Source: Candidatus Bathyarchaeota archaeon (GTDB lineage Archaea > Thermoproteota > Bathyarchaeia > TCS64). From it: a stretch of 64,000 bases of DNA. Made by a program: the position numbers and the translations under genes. The stretch spans positions 147,633-211,632 of the forward strand of contig JASLYX010000003.1 in assembly GCA_030739585.1 (NCBI GenBank), in the 5' to 3' direction. The notes below the pieces were generated by a model that saw only the letters and a list, made by a program, of their open reading frames with translations, was not told where the DNA came from and ran no database searches. Positions 1 to 10,202 of this stretch are shown one piece after another; position 1 is the stretch's first letter; every line of letters starts with the position of its first letter.

Positions 1-437
1 TCATAGGTCGTTTGCCCAACCTGATTGAAGGACAGGATGAACGCGATGAACATTGCTGCTAGGCTCCCGATCTGGCTGAGGGCATTGATCTTCCCGATAA
101 CGGTCCCCCGGGTGAAATAGGTCGTATAGTCGCCCATCAGGCTACTCCACGCCGGTCTCACAATGCTCCCACATATTGCAGAACCAATAATGAGAGCCAT
201 TACCCAAGCCGGTGCCTGGACGAAGATGAGCATGCCTAAGATGGCTCCATTCAGAAACCTGCCGAGAGCAATGAAAACACGTTTCCCCTTGCGGTCCACA
301 AGTTGGCCCCAGTAGAGCTGGAGCATATGACCGCTCACGCCCTCAGCCGCCCTTAGATAGCTCATCTGGGTCACTGAGATCCCTACACTCACGGCGAGGA
401 AGCTCAGATATTTACGGATAAGGCTATCAGCGAACAT
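1..437 (-). CDS. MFS-type transporter, 5' part only; gene runs off window start
   Basis: Minus-strand frame is open from ATG at 437 to position 1 with no stop. Translation is hydrophobic and carries a G-x-L-x-D-R-K-G-K-R loop motif (LYWGQLVDRKGKRVF) typical of the MFS TM2-3 loop. Not in the ORF track because it is truncated at the window edge. Confidence 0.45.
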   Translation of the reverse strand, partial: MFADSLIRKYLSFLAVSVGISVTQMSYLRAAEGVSGHMLQLYWGQLVDRKGKRVFIALGRFLNGAILGMLIFVQAPAWVMALIIGSAICGSIVRPAWSSLMGDYTTYFTRGTVIGKINALSQIGSLAAMFIAFILSFNQVGQTTY

Positions 438-626
438 CCCCGTCACCCCTGTACCGTAAAGAGCTCTGCTGGGGATCAGTGCGAGATCTTCGGACTCCTC
501 ACTCAATAAATCACGGCCGGGTATTCACAATGAAGTAGTTAAAGATAACTAAAACATTAAGGTCTAACTCCGCCTTGAGGAGCATGACGGCGGAGGCCAT
601 GAATGTGAGGTGATCGCGTTGCCCAC

Positions 627-727
627 TCGCGCGCGTCATCATACATTAAGAAACCTTCGAAAAAACCTCTTAAACATAATTTTTTTGTGATTTACTGTGC
701 TGTAAGCTTCGACTATTCGCGCGCGAG
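627..727. repeat. inverted pair of TCGCGCGCG(A)GTCATC elements flanking an AT-rich 80-bp spacer
   Basis: CTCGCGCGCGTCATC at 627-641 and TCGCGCGCGAGTCATC at 717-732. Member of a wider intergenic (CG)n motif set (see findings). Confidence 0.3.
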
Positions 728-746
728 TCATCGTTGCCGGTAAGCC

Positions 747-1235
747 TTAGCTGCCGTCAGGAGGTGTGCCGGTGAAAACATTGGCGTTCGGCGTGGAGTT
801 GCCCGCAAGCCTCCTGAAGGAGTTGATCTGACCCACGTGGGTGAAGGCGTCTGAGATGGGACCGTTGAGGATATACCAGAAGGGTCTCCCCTTGATGGTC
901 ACTCCCTTCAGGTCCTCATCGCTCATAAGGATCAAGGTCCCTCTCAGGGCATAGATCATTTCCAAAACGCGCCTCCGAGTGATGGATATATGGTCTCCTT
1001 GCTTGAAGCCGCCGACACCAGATGATAGGCACATCCAGTTTACGAGAGTCCAAATATGCCTTACAAGCTCCTCGATGCTCATGCAGTCGGGGGCCGGTCT
1101 AAAGCCGTAATCCTCATCGCTGAGACCTTCTGTCGACCAACGGAGGCGGAACCCTAGTCCGTCAAGGAGGCGGACAAGTATTGTGGTTCCAGACAAGGCA
1201 TTGGGATACGGAGGAATTTGATGGTAAAGGTCCAT
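747..1235 (-). CDS. DinB/YfiT-like (DinB_2) putative metal-dependent hydrolase
   Basis: 162 aa with three spaced His (HIWTLVNW, GDHISI, FTHVGQ) in the spacing seen in DinB_2 four-helix-bundle proteins. Family assignment is from memory only. Confidence 0.4.
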   Translation of the reverse strand: MDLYHQIPPYPNALSGTTILVRLLDGLGFRLRWSTEGLSDEDYGFRPAPDCMSIEELVRHIWTLVNWMCLSSGVGGFKQGDHISITRRRVLEMIYALRGTLILMSDEDLKGVTIKGRPFWYILNGPISDAFTHVGQINSFRRLAGNSTPNANVFTGTPPDGS

Positions 1236-1437
1236 GTAGTTCAGATTCCAATTCGAGAACCTCGGTCTAAAGCACTTTCGGTCGTTCTATAGTGCAAGAA
1301 GGTTAGGGATGGATAATAAGCGCGCAGCTTAATTTCTACATACCTGAGGGATAGATGAAGGCTATCCTTTCCCGCGCGCGCTCAAAAAGAAGAAACGAGA
1401 TGTCTAATTTAGTCCTGGGAAGGGGATTTAAAAACGA

Positions 1438-2190
1438 TCACGGGTCCAACAGCATCTTCTTCAGCAGGTCTTCAGCGCGGGCTGTGTTAAAGACTGCGCA
1501 CTCGCAGGATTTGCCCATGATCTTGGCGGCCTCTGCAGGGGTGAGCCTGCGCATCTTGATGTAGTCGATCATCTTACGAATGAAGTTAAAGGAGACAAGT
1601 CCATGGCCGCAGAGAGTGTTTATGGTGAGCACGTCCCTCTCAGGGAGGCGGTCTTTGGCCCCCCAGAACCCGAGGGATTGCTCGACACTGTGCCGGTCTT
1701 TTCCCCTGGTTCTGCAGCACTCTTGGACTTCATCAAGGAGCCCGCTGACATTAATTGATATTCCGAGATCAGCCTCGATAAGTTCGGCGATGACATTTTT
1801 TAGGGAATCAAGGCTAGTGAAGACTGCGGCTGATGTGGCGCCATCTCCAAGGCTAGAAATCAGCTCATCAATATTAATGTCATCTTTGAAGATGTTTCCT
1901 TTCTTACTGCTCCCAGTGTTTACAGGATCGTATTTTTGGCAAATGCGGAGGAACTCCCGGATCTTAGCCCCGGAGCCCTTCCTGTTGATCCCCTTTGCCG
2001 TAGTAGTGAAGATTACATAGTCCTTCTTGAGCTCCTCGACCGTTCCCTGCCTGTGAAGCGTGTTGGTCACGTCAATACATCCCTGTGCAGTGGACGGCCT
2101 AGCCCTAGATTGGTCTTCCCGTTGGGAGAGAGAGAGTATCCCGCCTCCGCCACCCATCTCTGGTGGGGGACTGAGCCGTCGGGGAGGCAC
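1438..2190 (-). CDS. C-terminal portion of a frameshift-disrupted Fe-S protein (Cys-rich C-terminus CGHG...CxC)
   Basis: Overlaps the upstream ORF 2067-2882 by 124 nt in another frame. No independent RBS or promoter spacing. Cys motif LCGHGLVSF...GKSCECAVFN. Confidence 0.4.
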   Translation of the reverse strand: MPPRRLSPPPEMGGGGGILSLSQREDQSRARPSTAQGCIDVTNTLHRQGTVEELKKDYVIFTTTAKGINRKGSGAKIREFLRICQKYDPVNTGSSKKGNIFKDDINIDELISSLGDGATSAAVFTSLDSLKNVIAELIEADLGISINVSGLLDEVQECCRTRGKDRHSVEQSLGFWGAKDRLPERDVLTINTLCGHGLVSFNFIRKMIDYIKMRRLTPAEAAKIMGKSCECAVFNTARAEDLLKKMLLDP

Positions 2191-2882
2191 CGGGATGCAA
2201 CGGCAACGCTAAAGACGGTGTAGATCTCGCTCTGGACGGCCTGGAGGGCACTGAGGTAATCAGGGATCCTCTCTAGGATGGTCTTCGCCTCAATAATCGC
2301 AGATATAACCTTCTCATCAAGGACCTCCCCCCTTAACTTCCCTGTAACAAGGTCTTCCATGAGCTGGGTCACCGGGTTGTTGGGCTCAAACTCGGGCGCC
2401 AGGGGAGCAAGGGCCATAGCGACCGTCTGGACATCCCGAAAGTAGGCGCCAGTCCCGGGGCGCCCTAGCTCTACCACGATGCCCGCCTCCCCGGGTCCCA
2501 GTCGACCTGTGACGTCGTTGGTCTTAATTTCCTCGGTGCCCCGGCCGCCTATCCCGGTCTCTGGGTGGACCACAGTGGGGTCGCTAAACGTGGCCCGGAG
2601 GTTCCTGGGATACTCGAGCTTGGGGGGCTCTAGGGCTCCAGTGGGGCAGACGTCCACTGGAGCCATGTACTGGAGGTGGAAGAGGGATAGAACGCTACGC
2701 ACGGCTCTCATAAGAGAGGTAGTATACCCCTCATCCTTCAGGGTCCGGTAGCAGGTGGAGCACTCAACACAGTTGTCCTGATTGACAACAGATTTCCCGT
2801 TGAGGTTTAATGAGATAGCCCCCATGACGCAAACGGCGTGGCAATTGCCACATCCCACACACTTTTTCTCATTGATATTCAA
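2067..2882 (-). CDS. 4Fe-4S dicluster ferredoxin-domain protein (N-terminal portion of split gene)
   Basis: N-terminus has two canonical CxxCxxCxxxC(P) motifs (CVGCGNCHAVC; CVECSTCY...CP). C-terminus runs into the start of the 1438-2190 ORF. Confidence 0.55.
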   Translation of the reverse strand: MNINEKKCVGCGNCHAVCVMGAISLNLNGKSVVNQDNCVECSTCYRTLKDEGYTTSLMRAVRSVLSLFHLQYMAPVDVCPTGALEPPKLEYPRNLRATFSDPTVVHPETGIGGRGTEEIKTNDVTGRLGPGEAGIVVELGRPGTGAYFRDVQTVAMALAPLAPEFEPNNPVTQLMEDLVTGKLRGEVLDEKVISAIIEAKTILERIPDYLSALQAVQSEIYTVFSVAVASRCLPDGSVPHQRWVAEAGYSLSPNGKTNLGLGRPLHRDVLT

Positions 2883-3474
2883 ATCGACATTCCCCTGGTT
2901 CAGTTACAAGTGATTCGGACGCTGTTCTTTTCCAGAGAGGTTCAGGAGATGTAAAAGAATTTGCTTGTAATGCCCAATGGAGTGAAAATTGTCAAAGGGG
3001 TGATAAAATCAAAGAGAACGGAATCAAATACTACTTTTACGCGTATGCGCGGGCAATATTAAGTTAAAAATGATTGCTGATGAATATATCTCATCGCGCG
3101 CAGCCCCCTTCAAGAACTAAGGAGTAATCTAAGAATATTGATCTTGATCCAATTTTTTCTGAATCTTAAAGACAAAATTCATTACTAGAAAAATCCCAGC
3201 CCGTGAAAGCGGTTCTAAAATAAATCTAAGGGAAATAGGTTCTCGTCACTAATACGCGCTATCCCCTTGTCAGATTAGCCTTATTTGGCGTGATTACTGT
3301 GCAAAAAACGGAACGTGGGGTTATTAATGAGGAACTATGGTCACCCCTTTAAAGGTGAGTTGGGTAGCTCATGCAAAAGGTACGCATACTATTGCTTCAG
3401 AGCTAGGTTCATGCAAACCCTAAATGCATAGAGGATATCAATTATAGGGGGGGAAAATCATCACCAGAGCATCT

Positions 3475-5136
3475 ATGGGAAAGATGGGACCAAAGCCCGT
3501 GGTGCGGAACAAAAGTGTAGTTTGCAGTAGCTCTCATGCCAGTGTTACCAATACAATGTTACAAGTGATGAAAGACGGCGGCAATGCTGTGGACGCCACT
3601 ATCGCCGGCAGCATGATACAAGCCGTGGTGGAGCCTCACATGACAAATCATACGGGCAGCGTCTCATTTCTATATTGGGAGGCTGACTCCGGCCGTACAT
3701 ATCAGCTAAACGGTTCAGGCACACTCGTCCCCGGGTTGCCTCCCTTCCGGCCTGTTCCAGGTCTACCCGGATCTCATCTATCGGGGCCTGGCCACAATCC
3801 ATGCGCGTGTATTCCCGGTTTCATGCCTTCAATGGCAGCGTTACATGAACGCTTTAGCAGCAAATCGTGGGATTATTTATGCCAGCCTGCGATTAAAGCA
3901 GCAAAAAAGGGTCATATTATGTCATCTTTTGAGTATGCCGCGCTAAAGGCTGATCTCCGTCTCTACACGTATTTTCCATCTGGCCGTTCGCTATACACAC
4001 CGAACGGATTCCTTCCGGATGTGGGTGAATATTTCCGAAATCCAGATTTGGCTGAAACGTTGCAACGATTGGCGGTTGAGGGACCGACCTATTTCACAGA
4101 AGGGAAATGGGCGAAACATTTCGTGGCGGCCGCCAATAATCTTGGATGGCCAATTAACTTGGCCCAAATGACGGAGATCCCGCCGGAATGGGTCGATCCA
4201 CTTCGCTACGATCATCGCGGGCATGAGGTAATTCAATATTATCCCCCTCAGCGAACCGGAGTTTTCACTGCAATCGTGCTTGGTATTCTGAAGCAATTCG
4301 ATCTTGAATCATTAGGTCATTATACAGAGTCGGCTGAGGCACTCTATGTAATGGCCCACGCACTGCGCTACGCCCATTGGGAACTGGGTATGCTACGTGA
4401 TCCAGCAGTATTCGAGGTGCCGATAGACAGGTGGTTATCGCCTGAATTCCATGCAATGATAGCCGACATTATATGGAACAGCAGACCCAAAAAGGACCTG
4501 AGAGAACATGTACGAATCATCGCGGGGGACGCCGGTCTAGCCGCAGGTGGCATCAGCCCTGTCGCGACAAACGCCCAGAATCAACCCTCCGGAAGTTGCG
4601 AGTTAAGCGTTGTCGACTTGGAGGGCAACTGGGCTCAGTCGATGAACACAGGGCAAGCCGGAGGTATACCGGGCGTAGTAGTGGGCGGCGTGCCTATGAT
4701 CGGTAGCCACGCTAAAACCACCATGGCTGCGCCCATGGAGGGGTGGTTCGCAGGGGGAGGCAGGATGAGATCAATGATTGGCAGCACCATTGTAATGCTA
4801 GATGGCCAACCTTGGCTGGGGCTTGGAACCCCAGGTTATGTTTATGCAACAATTCCGCAGGTGTTAACTAGCATCCTTGATTACGGCATGGATCCTTATG
4901 AGGCATCAGTGATGCCGCGCATGTTCCCCCTCTATGACGACTACGTACTGGAGATCGAAAGCCGAATTCCGAAGAAGGTCTCAACTGACCTTGCTAGAAT
5001 GGGGATCCTACTGCGACCACTGGAACCATATAATACAAGCATGGGTTCATTCCAAATCAATTGGCGTGACCTAGAAACCGGCTTGCTCAACAGCAGCGCC
5101 GACCCACGCCGTATGGGGACAGCGGCAGGTTTTTAG
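3475..5136 (+). CDS. ggt: gamma-glutamyltranspeptidase family protein (Ntn hydrolase)
   Basis: 553 aa. C-terminal region aligns to the GGT small subunit (…LSVVDLEGNWAQ…GIPGVVVGG…MIGSTIVMLDGQPWLGLGTPG…). The nucleophile position reads SC instead of TT. Confidence 0.7.
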   Translation: MGKMGPKPVVRNKSVVCSSSHASVTNTMLQVMKDGGNAVDATIAGSMIQAVVEPHMTNHTGSVSFLYWEADSGRTYQLNGSGTLVPGLPPFRPVPGLPGSHLSGPGHNPCACIPGFMPSMAALHERFSSKSWDYLCQPAIKAAKKGHIMSSFEYAALKADLRLYTYFPSGRSLYTPNGFLPDVGEYFRNPDLAETLQRLAVEGPTYFTEGKWAKHFVAAANNLGWPINLAQMTEIPPEWVDPLRYDHRGHEVIQYYPPQRTGVFTAIVLGILKQFDLESLGHYTESAEALYVMAHALRYAHWELGMLRDPAVFEVPIDRWLSPEFHAMIADIIWNSRPKKDLREHVRIIAGDAGLAAGGISPVATNAQNQPSGSCELSVVDLEGNWAQSMNTGQAGGIPGVVVGGVPMIGSHAKTTMAAPMEGWFAGGGRMRSMIGSTIVMLDGQPWLGLGTPGYVYATIPQVLTSILDYGMDPYEASVMPRMFPLYDDYVLEIESRIPKKVSTDLARMGILLRPLEPYNTSMGSFQINWRDLETGLLNSSADPRRMGTAAGF

Positions 5137-5297
5137 TAAATCTACTAGACTACGAAAACAGAGAAAACCTTCAGTAAAATAATAAAGATCGCGCGCGCGA
5201 CTCTGTCGGACTATATCTCCACTGTTGATCTGCATTCACCATGGACGCTCAATAATAAGGCTGACATCGAGTTCGCCACCGTGGGTGGAGTGGAAAG

Positions 5298-5404
5298 TGC
5301 CGGGGATGGGATTTGAACCCACGCTCTCTATCCGGCCTGGGCGCTGGTGCCGCAGTCCTCTGGATCATGAGTCCAGCGCATTAGCCAAGCTATGCTACCC
5401 CGGC
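5298..5404 (-). tRNA. tRNA-Met/Ile2 (anticodon CAU) with ~32-nt insertion between anticodon stem and T-arm (putative non-canonical intron)
   Basis: Reverse complement folds as acceptor GCCGGGG/CCCCGGC, D-arm GCAT-AGCTTGGCTA-ATGC, anticodon arm CTGGA-CTCATGA-TCCAG (U33, CAU, A37), and T-arm GTGGG-TTCAAAT-CCCAT. There are 37 nt where a 5-nt variable loop is expected, and the intronic CCAGCGC can pair with exonic GCGCTGG. No encoded CCA. Confidence 0.6.
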
Positions 5405-5616
5405 TCCTGCAATGAGAGACCGTCCCTGAGATTTAAATCAGTCCCTGGGGACCCCACAGGTCATCAGACTTCCCCTGCATAAGTTGGTACCACAACTATT
5501 TTTAGGCATAGATGGCATTGGCTAGTATCGGGCTAGTAACAACGCCTTCGATCTCGGATCTGGGGGTTAAAGAATCAAGTCTTACCTCGGGGTATCCATC
5601 AAACAAACATATATAA

Positions 5617-6738
5617 CTAGAAAAGAAAATCCGGGGGTAGAGTCATCTTCTTGATCCGGGTCCCGGTGAGAGCCTCAATGCGAGCCAACTCAATTTCCTC
5701 CTCATAGGTGACTAGGGTGATCGCAGTACCTGCTTTCCCAGCCCTCGCGGTGCGCCCTATCCTGTGAAAGTACATGAAGGGGTCGTCCGGGATATCGTGG
5801 TTGATGATGAAAGGGACGTCTACAATATCGAGACCTCGGGCAGCAACCTCGGTTGCTACTAGAATGCTTACCTTGGCCTCTCTGAATCTGCCAAGCACCC
5901 CCTCTCGCCTTGCCTGGCTTAGTTGGCCGTGTATGGATTCCGCGTCGTAACCGGCCCTCTTGAGCAGCCCTGTAACCCGGTCCACCGTAGTTCTCCTGCG
6001 GCAAAAGATGAGAGCCCTATCAATTTTTAGGAGGTCTATAACTCGGGTCATTATGTCGAATTTCTCGTGGACGGCTACCCTCATGAATCGCTGGTCGATG
6101 CTCTCTACGGCGATTTCATCCTTGCTTGCTATAACCATCTGGGCCTCTGGGATATACCTCCTCGAGAGCCGCCGGGTCCGGTCGTCTATTGTGGCGGACC
6201 AGAGGCTCGCCTGTTTGTCATCCGGGGTTCGCCTCAAAATCCACTCGATGTCGTCAATGAAGCCCATATCCAGCATCCTGTCCGCTTCGTCCATGACCAG
6301 CGATCTAATTTTCCCGAGCTCCAAGGTGCCTCTCCTCATATGGTCCATGAGTCTCCCTGGAGTCCCTACCACGATATGGACACCCCTTCTGAGCTCATTG
6401 ATTTGCCTCTCGATGGAAACCCCGCCATAGATGGTGAGCACCCGAAGAGGTGTGTATTTGCCATAGCTGGCGAGGTCGTCAGCGATCTGCACTGCTAACT
6501 CCCGAGTCGGGGCCAAGATGAGTCCCTGAACCCCCCGTGCATCCCAGTCCAGTCTCTCAATTGTAGGTACACCAAAGGAGGCTGTCTTCCCGGTCCCTGT
6601 TTGCGCCTGTCCGATAAGGTTCACTCCTTTAAGCATCAGAGGGATTGCCTGCTCTTGGATGGGGAACATCTCCTTAAACCCCCTGTCAGCGAGGCCACGT
6701 TTTAAATCAGAGCTAATATCAAGTTCGGTGAAATTCAT
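5617..6738 (-). CDS. DEAD-box ATP-dependent RNA helicase (core only, 373 aa)
   Basis: Q-motif (FPIQ), Walker A AQTGTGKT, PTRELA, DEAD, SAT, HRIGRTARAG motifs all present. Confidence 0.9.
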   Translation of the reverse strand: MNFTELDISSDLKRGLADRGFKEMFPIQEQAIPLMLKGVNLIGQAQTGTGKTASFGVPTIERLDWDARGVQGLILAPTRELAVQIADDLASYGKYTPLRVLTIYGGVSIERQINELRRGVHIVVGTPGRLMDHMRRGTLELGKIRSLVMDEADRMLDMGFIDDIEWILRRTPDDKQASLWSATIDDRTRRLSRRYIPEAQMVIASKDEIAVESIDQRFMRVAVHEKFDIMTRVIDLLKIDRALIFCRRRTTVDRVTGLLKRAGYDAESIHGQLSQARREGVLGRFREAKVSILVATEVAARGLDIVDVPFIINHDIPDDPFMYFHRIGRTARAGKAGTAITLVTYEEEIELARIEALTGTRIKKMTLPPDFLF

Positions 6739-7309
6739 CGTAATTAATCATTCTCCTTTTTAACTATTGAGACAACGTGCATTGCAGGTCTATTAAAGAT
6801 TTAGTCCTTGGAAATAGGAGTACGCTTGTATGCGCTATGATAAGCATCTTAGCAGTTAATTATCTTCAAGACTCTCTAGTAGAGCGAAGTAAGCTTCTTG
6901 GTTAGGTTGAACGGGGAACAATAGAGTAGCTAGGGACATTATGCTATTTCTTTGAGGTCATTCTTTACAGCCTTGATACCCGGCCTATTGTTAAAACCGA
7001 TGAAGACGTTGTAGGCTGCGATAGGAAATTGCGTGCACAGCGTCCTAGAAAAAGACTCATCCTAAAGGTGACTATCCAGGGATTTTATCCGGGGCGATAC
7101 TCCTTTTGACGGAATATTTTTCTGCACAGCCAAGCATTTGGGTGACCTCATCCTCTGAGAGATAAAGGGGACTCATAGAAGTTTCTCTGATTATCTTTAG
7201 TTTAGTTAACAATTAGTAGAGGTAAGGAAAAGGAGAGTTTTTCTCTAGAGATAGAAATAAACTCACCGGATAATCTAAATTTCTCAGTTTACCTCAAGAC
7301 TAGTTAAAG

Positions 7310-8494
7310 ATGCAGAACGTCATCCGCCCCGTTTGGGCTAAGATAGACATGGACTCCCTAGCCCACAATATTGGAGAGGTTAGAACGATCACAAATCCTT
7401 CCGCAGAGATTATAGCGGTCGTAAAGGCAAACGCCTATGGCCACGGCGCAGTCCAATGCTCCAGAATCTTCCTTGAAAACGGCGCTAAATCCCTCGCGGT
7501 TGCAACTCTAAATGAGGCTATCGAGCTCAGAGTAGCGGGTATTGAAGCCCCTATTCTTATTCTCGGATATACTCCTGTTGAGCATTTCGAGACGATATTA
7601 AAATGGGGTATAACTTCAACCGTTTATACTGTCGAGGGAGCTAGGGCACTTGAAGAGGCAGCTGAATCAGTCGGGAAGGTCGCTAAGGCACATGTAAAAG
7701 TTGATACCGGCCTTGGGAGAATAGGGTTTCTCCCCACCAAAGAGGCGCTGAATGCAATAGAAGACATCGCTCAACTCCCCTTATTTGAGATTGAGGGTAT
7801 TTTCACTCACTTTGCCATCGCTGATGCGGAGGATAAGAAGTACACAAGGAGGCAGTTCGAAGATTTCTTAGGCTTCACGGAACAACTCGAGGTCCGGGGA
7901 ATAAGCCCCCTAAAGAGGCATGCAGCTAACAGTGCAGCGATCATTGACATTCCCGAGTACGCCCTAGACGCGGTGAGGCCGGGCTGCATGCTCTACGGAC
8001 TCTATCCCTCAGAGGAGGTGGATATGGGTAGAGTTGACCTCTGGCCCTCGATGACCTTGAGGACAAGGCTCTCCAACGTGAAGGTCGTCCCCCCGGGGAC
8101 AGGAATAAGCTATGGCCTTACCTACACCACGGGTGCAGAGAGCATTATCGGGAGTCTCCCAGTGGGATACGCTGACGGCTACAGTAGAGCCCTCTCGAAC
8201 CGGGCAAAAGTCCTAGTGAAGGGAAAAAGGGTCTCGGTCGTGGGGCGGGTATGCATGGACCAATGTATGGTCGATCTTAGTGGAGTGGAGGGAGCGGGGA
8301 TCGGTGACGAAGTCATCCTTTTTGGTAGCAGGAGGAGAGGGGCGCCAACTGTGAACGAGATAGCAAGATGGAGGGGGTCTATCGCTGAAGAGGTGGTTAG
8401 CACTATTTCTAGGAGGGTGCCCCGGGTCTATTCAAAAGGCGGGAAGATCGTCGAGATTGTGGACTATGTTCGGGATGGGGCTGAGAAGCGCTAG
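7310..8494 (+). CDS. alr: alanine racemase (PLP-dependent, fold type III)
   Basis: N-terminal AVVKANAYGHGA PLP-lysine motif, TIM-barrel plus C-terminal beta domain, length 394 aa. Confidence 0.85.
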   Translation: MQNVIRPVWAKIDMDSLAHNIGEVRTITNPSAEIIAVVKANAYGHGAVQCSRIFLENGAKSLAVATLNEAIELRVAGIEAPILILGYTPVEHFETILKWGITSTVYTVEGARALEEAAESVGKVAKAHVKVDTGLGRIGFLPTKEALNAIEDIAQLPLFEIEGIFTHFAIADAEDKKYTRRQFEDFLGFTEQLEVRGISPLKRHAANSAAIIDIPEYALDAVRPGCMLYGLYPSEEVDMGRVDLWPSMTLRTRLSNVKVVPPGTGISYGLTYTTGAESIIGSLPVGYADGYSRALSNRAKVLVKGKRVSVVGRVCMDQCMVDLSGVEGAGIGDEVILFGSRRRGAPTVNEIARWRGSIAEEVVSTISRRVPRVYSKGGKIVEIVDYVRDGAEKR

Positions 8495-8662
8495 GGTTTT
8501 TTCTTCACTCTTTTAGGAGGCAAGGTGTATTAGTTTCGAGAAGACCGTAGCGGGTCAATATAGCGGCCATGTACGTGATAGATACTGGTGATAGTCTCCA
8601 TTCATTTTTGCTCTCAGAGAAATTGAGGAATAAATAAATATTGTGCTTACCTCATTTGAAAC

Positions 8663-9700
8663 ATGGAAGTTACTCGTGAGAATTCTATGAATATTTACCG
8701 TCATCTTATTGACAATCCCCCTCGGGGGCCTGAGGCCCCTTACAAACCACTCCGGAAGGGCCTCTATTCTGTTGATGGTAAAAGCGTTGTATCTCTAGTT
8801 CGCACTGACGATCGGAGAAAAGGAATAAACGAGGCTTTTAGATTAATCGGAGGAAGTCCCCTTCTCTTTAAGGATGTGAAGGGCAATATCGTGATTAAAC
8901 CGAATTTAAACACGGATGATCCATTCCCTCGTAACACACATCCGGATACCATTCGCTTCATATCGGAGAGCCTCATCAACGCTGGCTTTCCAGCAGGCCA
9001 AATTATAGTGGGAGAATCCTCTGGCAGAGCCCGCGGGCTCCCCACACGTCACACAATGGAGAATATGGGGATAAAAGCCATAGCGGATGACCTAGGAATA
9101 CAATTGAGTTGTTTTGAAGAAGAGGAATATGTAACGGTCAGACCTCCAAAAAGCCGGTGGTGGCCTGATGGTATAAAAATCCCACGTAAAGTCTATGAGG
9201 CTGAAAGAGTAATCATTGCGCCGGTTATGGACCTTCATAGAGGTCCAGTTTCTTTCACTTTAGGACTTAAGATTGGGGTTGGTCTTTTGGACTCCATCGG
9301 ACGAGAATGGTTACATAACGGACCGGATTATCCCGAACCTGATTTCCTGGAAAAAGCTATGGAGATAAACTTGGCTTATTCTGCCGACCTAGTTGTAATG
9401 GATGGTATGATGTTCCGCCGGGAAAGATCTACAAGTCCTACGGCTATAGCTAAGCCAGGCATAATAATTGTTAGTAACGATAGAGTGGCCGCTGATGCAG
9501 TGGCAGCTACTGTAATGAAACATTACAAAACTGAAAAGATGATTGGAAAGCCCATCTTGGAGTATCCAACACTGCAAATGAGCAAAGCCAACGGTATAGG
9601 GACACCAACGATGAAGGAAATGATACTAAAAACTTCGAACTTGACGGCAGATAATGACTTTGAGGATATTATACAAGAAGTTCATAACGAGTTGAATTGA
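8663..9700 (+). CDS. DUF362-like protein (no ferredoxin domain)
   Basis: IVIKPNL…GESSG…DRVAADAVAATVM motifs recalled from DUF362 proteins. Assignment not verifiable here. Confidence 0.4.
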   Translation: MEVTRENSMNIYRHLIDNPPRGPEAPYKPLRKGLYSVDGKSVVSLVRTDDRRKGINEAFRLIGGSPLLFKDVKGNIVIKPNLNTDDPFPRNTHPDTIRFISESLINAGFPAGQIIVGESSGRARGLPTRHTMENMGIKAIADDLGIQLSCFEEEEYVTVRPPKSRWWPDGIKIPRKVYEAERVIIAPVMDLHRGPVSFTLGLKIGVGLLDSIGREWLHNGPDYPEPDFLEKAMEINLAYSADLVVMDGMMFRRERSTSPTAIAKPGIIIVSNDRVAADAVAATVMKHYKTEKMIGKPILEYPTLQMSKANGIGTPTMKEMILKTSNLTADNDFEDIIQEVHNELN

Positions 9701-9809
9701 GCCTGCTTTTGGCTCCTTTCAAATCTTAACTTAAAACAACTCTTCAGGTATAAACAGGCAAATCATAAAGGGCATTACATCAAATGCTTTCCTAAGTCAT
9801 TAATCAGGA

Positions 9810-10202
9810 CTATCCCGCGCTATTATTTATGGACATAGAATCAATGAAAGAGTTGAACACCGCTCTACATTTCACGGTGTCTTTCCTGTTTGGCCTGTTC
9901 TTTATATAATTATGCACATTCATCATCACATCACCTTTAACTGTAACAGCTAGCTTTTCCCCGATTTTGATTGCTCTAACCTCAATTCGTATCCGTGAGG
10001 GAAGGAAAGAGTTTCCAACAAAAAAACCCATCACGTCTTCCATCATACCTGACTTTAGGGTCTGATCGAATATCTCAAACACATGAACAGCCCCCTCATC
10101 GCGTTCGTATATTAAATAATCCCTTTTTTCACTAAATTCGCGGATCTTTTGGAATAAATGTTCTTTTGTTCTATTCTCAAGGAGAAGTTTCTTTCTCAAC
10201 AT
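9810..10202 (-). CDS. hypothetical protein
   Basis: 130-aa ORF in an AT-rich patch with no recognisable motif. Confidence 0.3.
   Translation of the reverse strand: MLRKKLLLENRTKEHLFQKIREFSEKRDYLIYERDEGAVHVFEIFDQTLKSGMMEDVMGFFVGNSFLPSRIRIEVRAIKIGEKLAVTVKGDVMMNVHNYIKNRPNRKDTVKCRAVFNSFIDSMSINNSAG

Noticed and set aside
5225-5482. 85-aa + strand ORF
   Set aside because: Lies entirely over the antisense tRNA(CAU) gene, so it is spurious.
5960-6498. Two >140-aa ORFs antisense to the DEAD-box helicase
   Set aside because: Fully contained in a confidently called CDS with no independent signals. Typical antisense open frames in GC-balanced DNA.
6739-7309. 570-bp intergenic region upstream of alr with a 33-aa minus-strand ORF
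   Set aside because: No motif or conservation evidence. Treated as promoter/UTR space.
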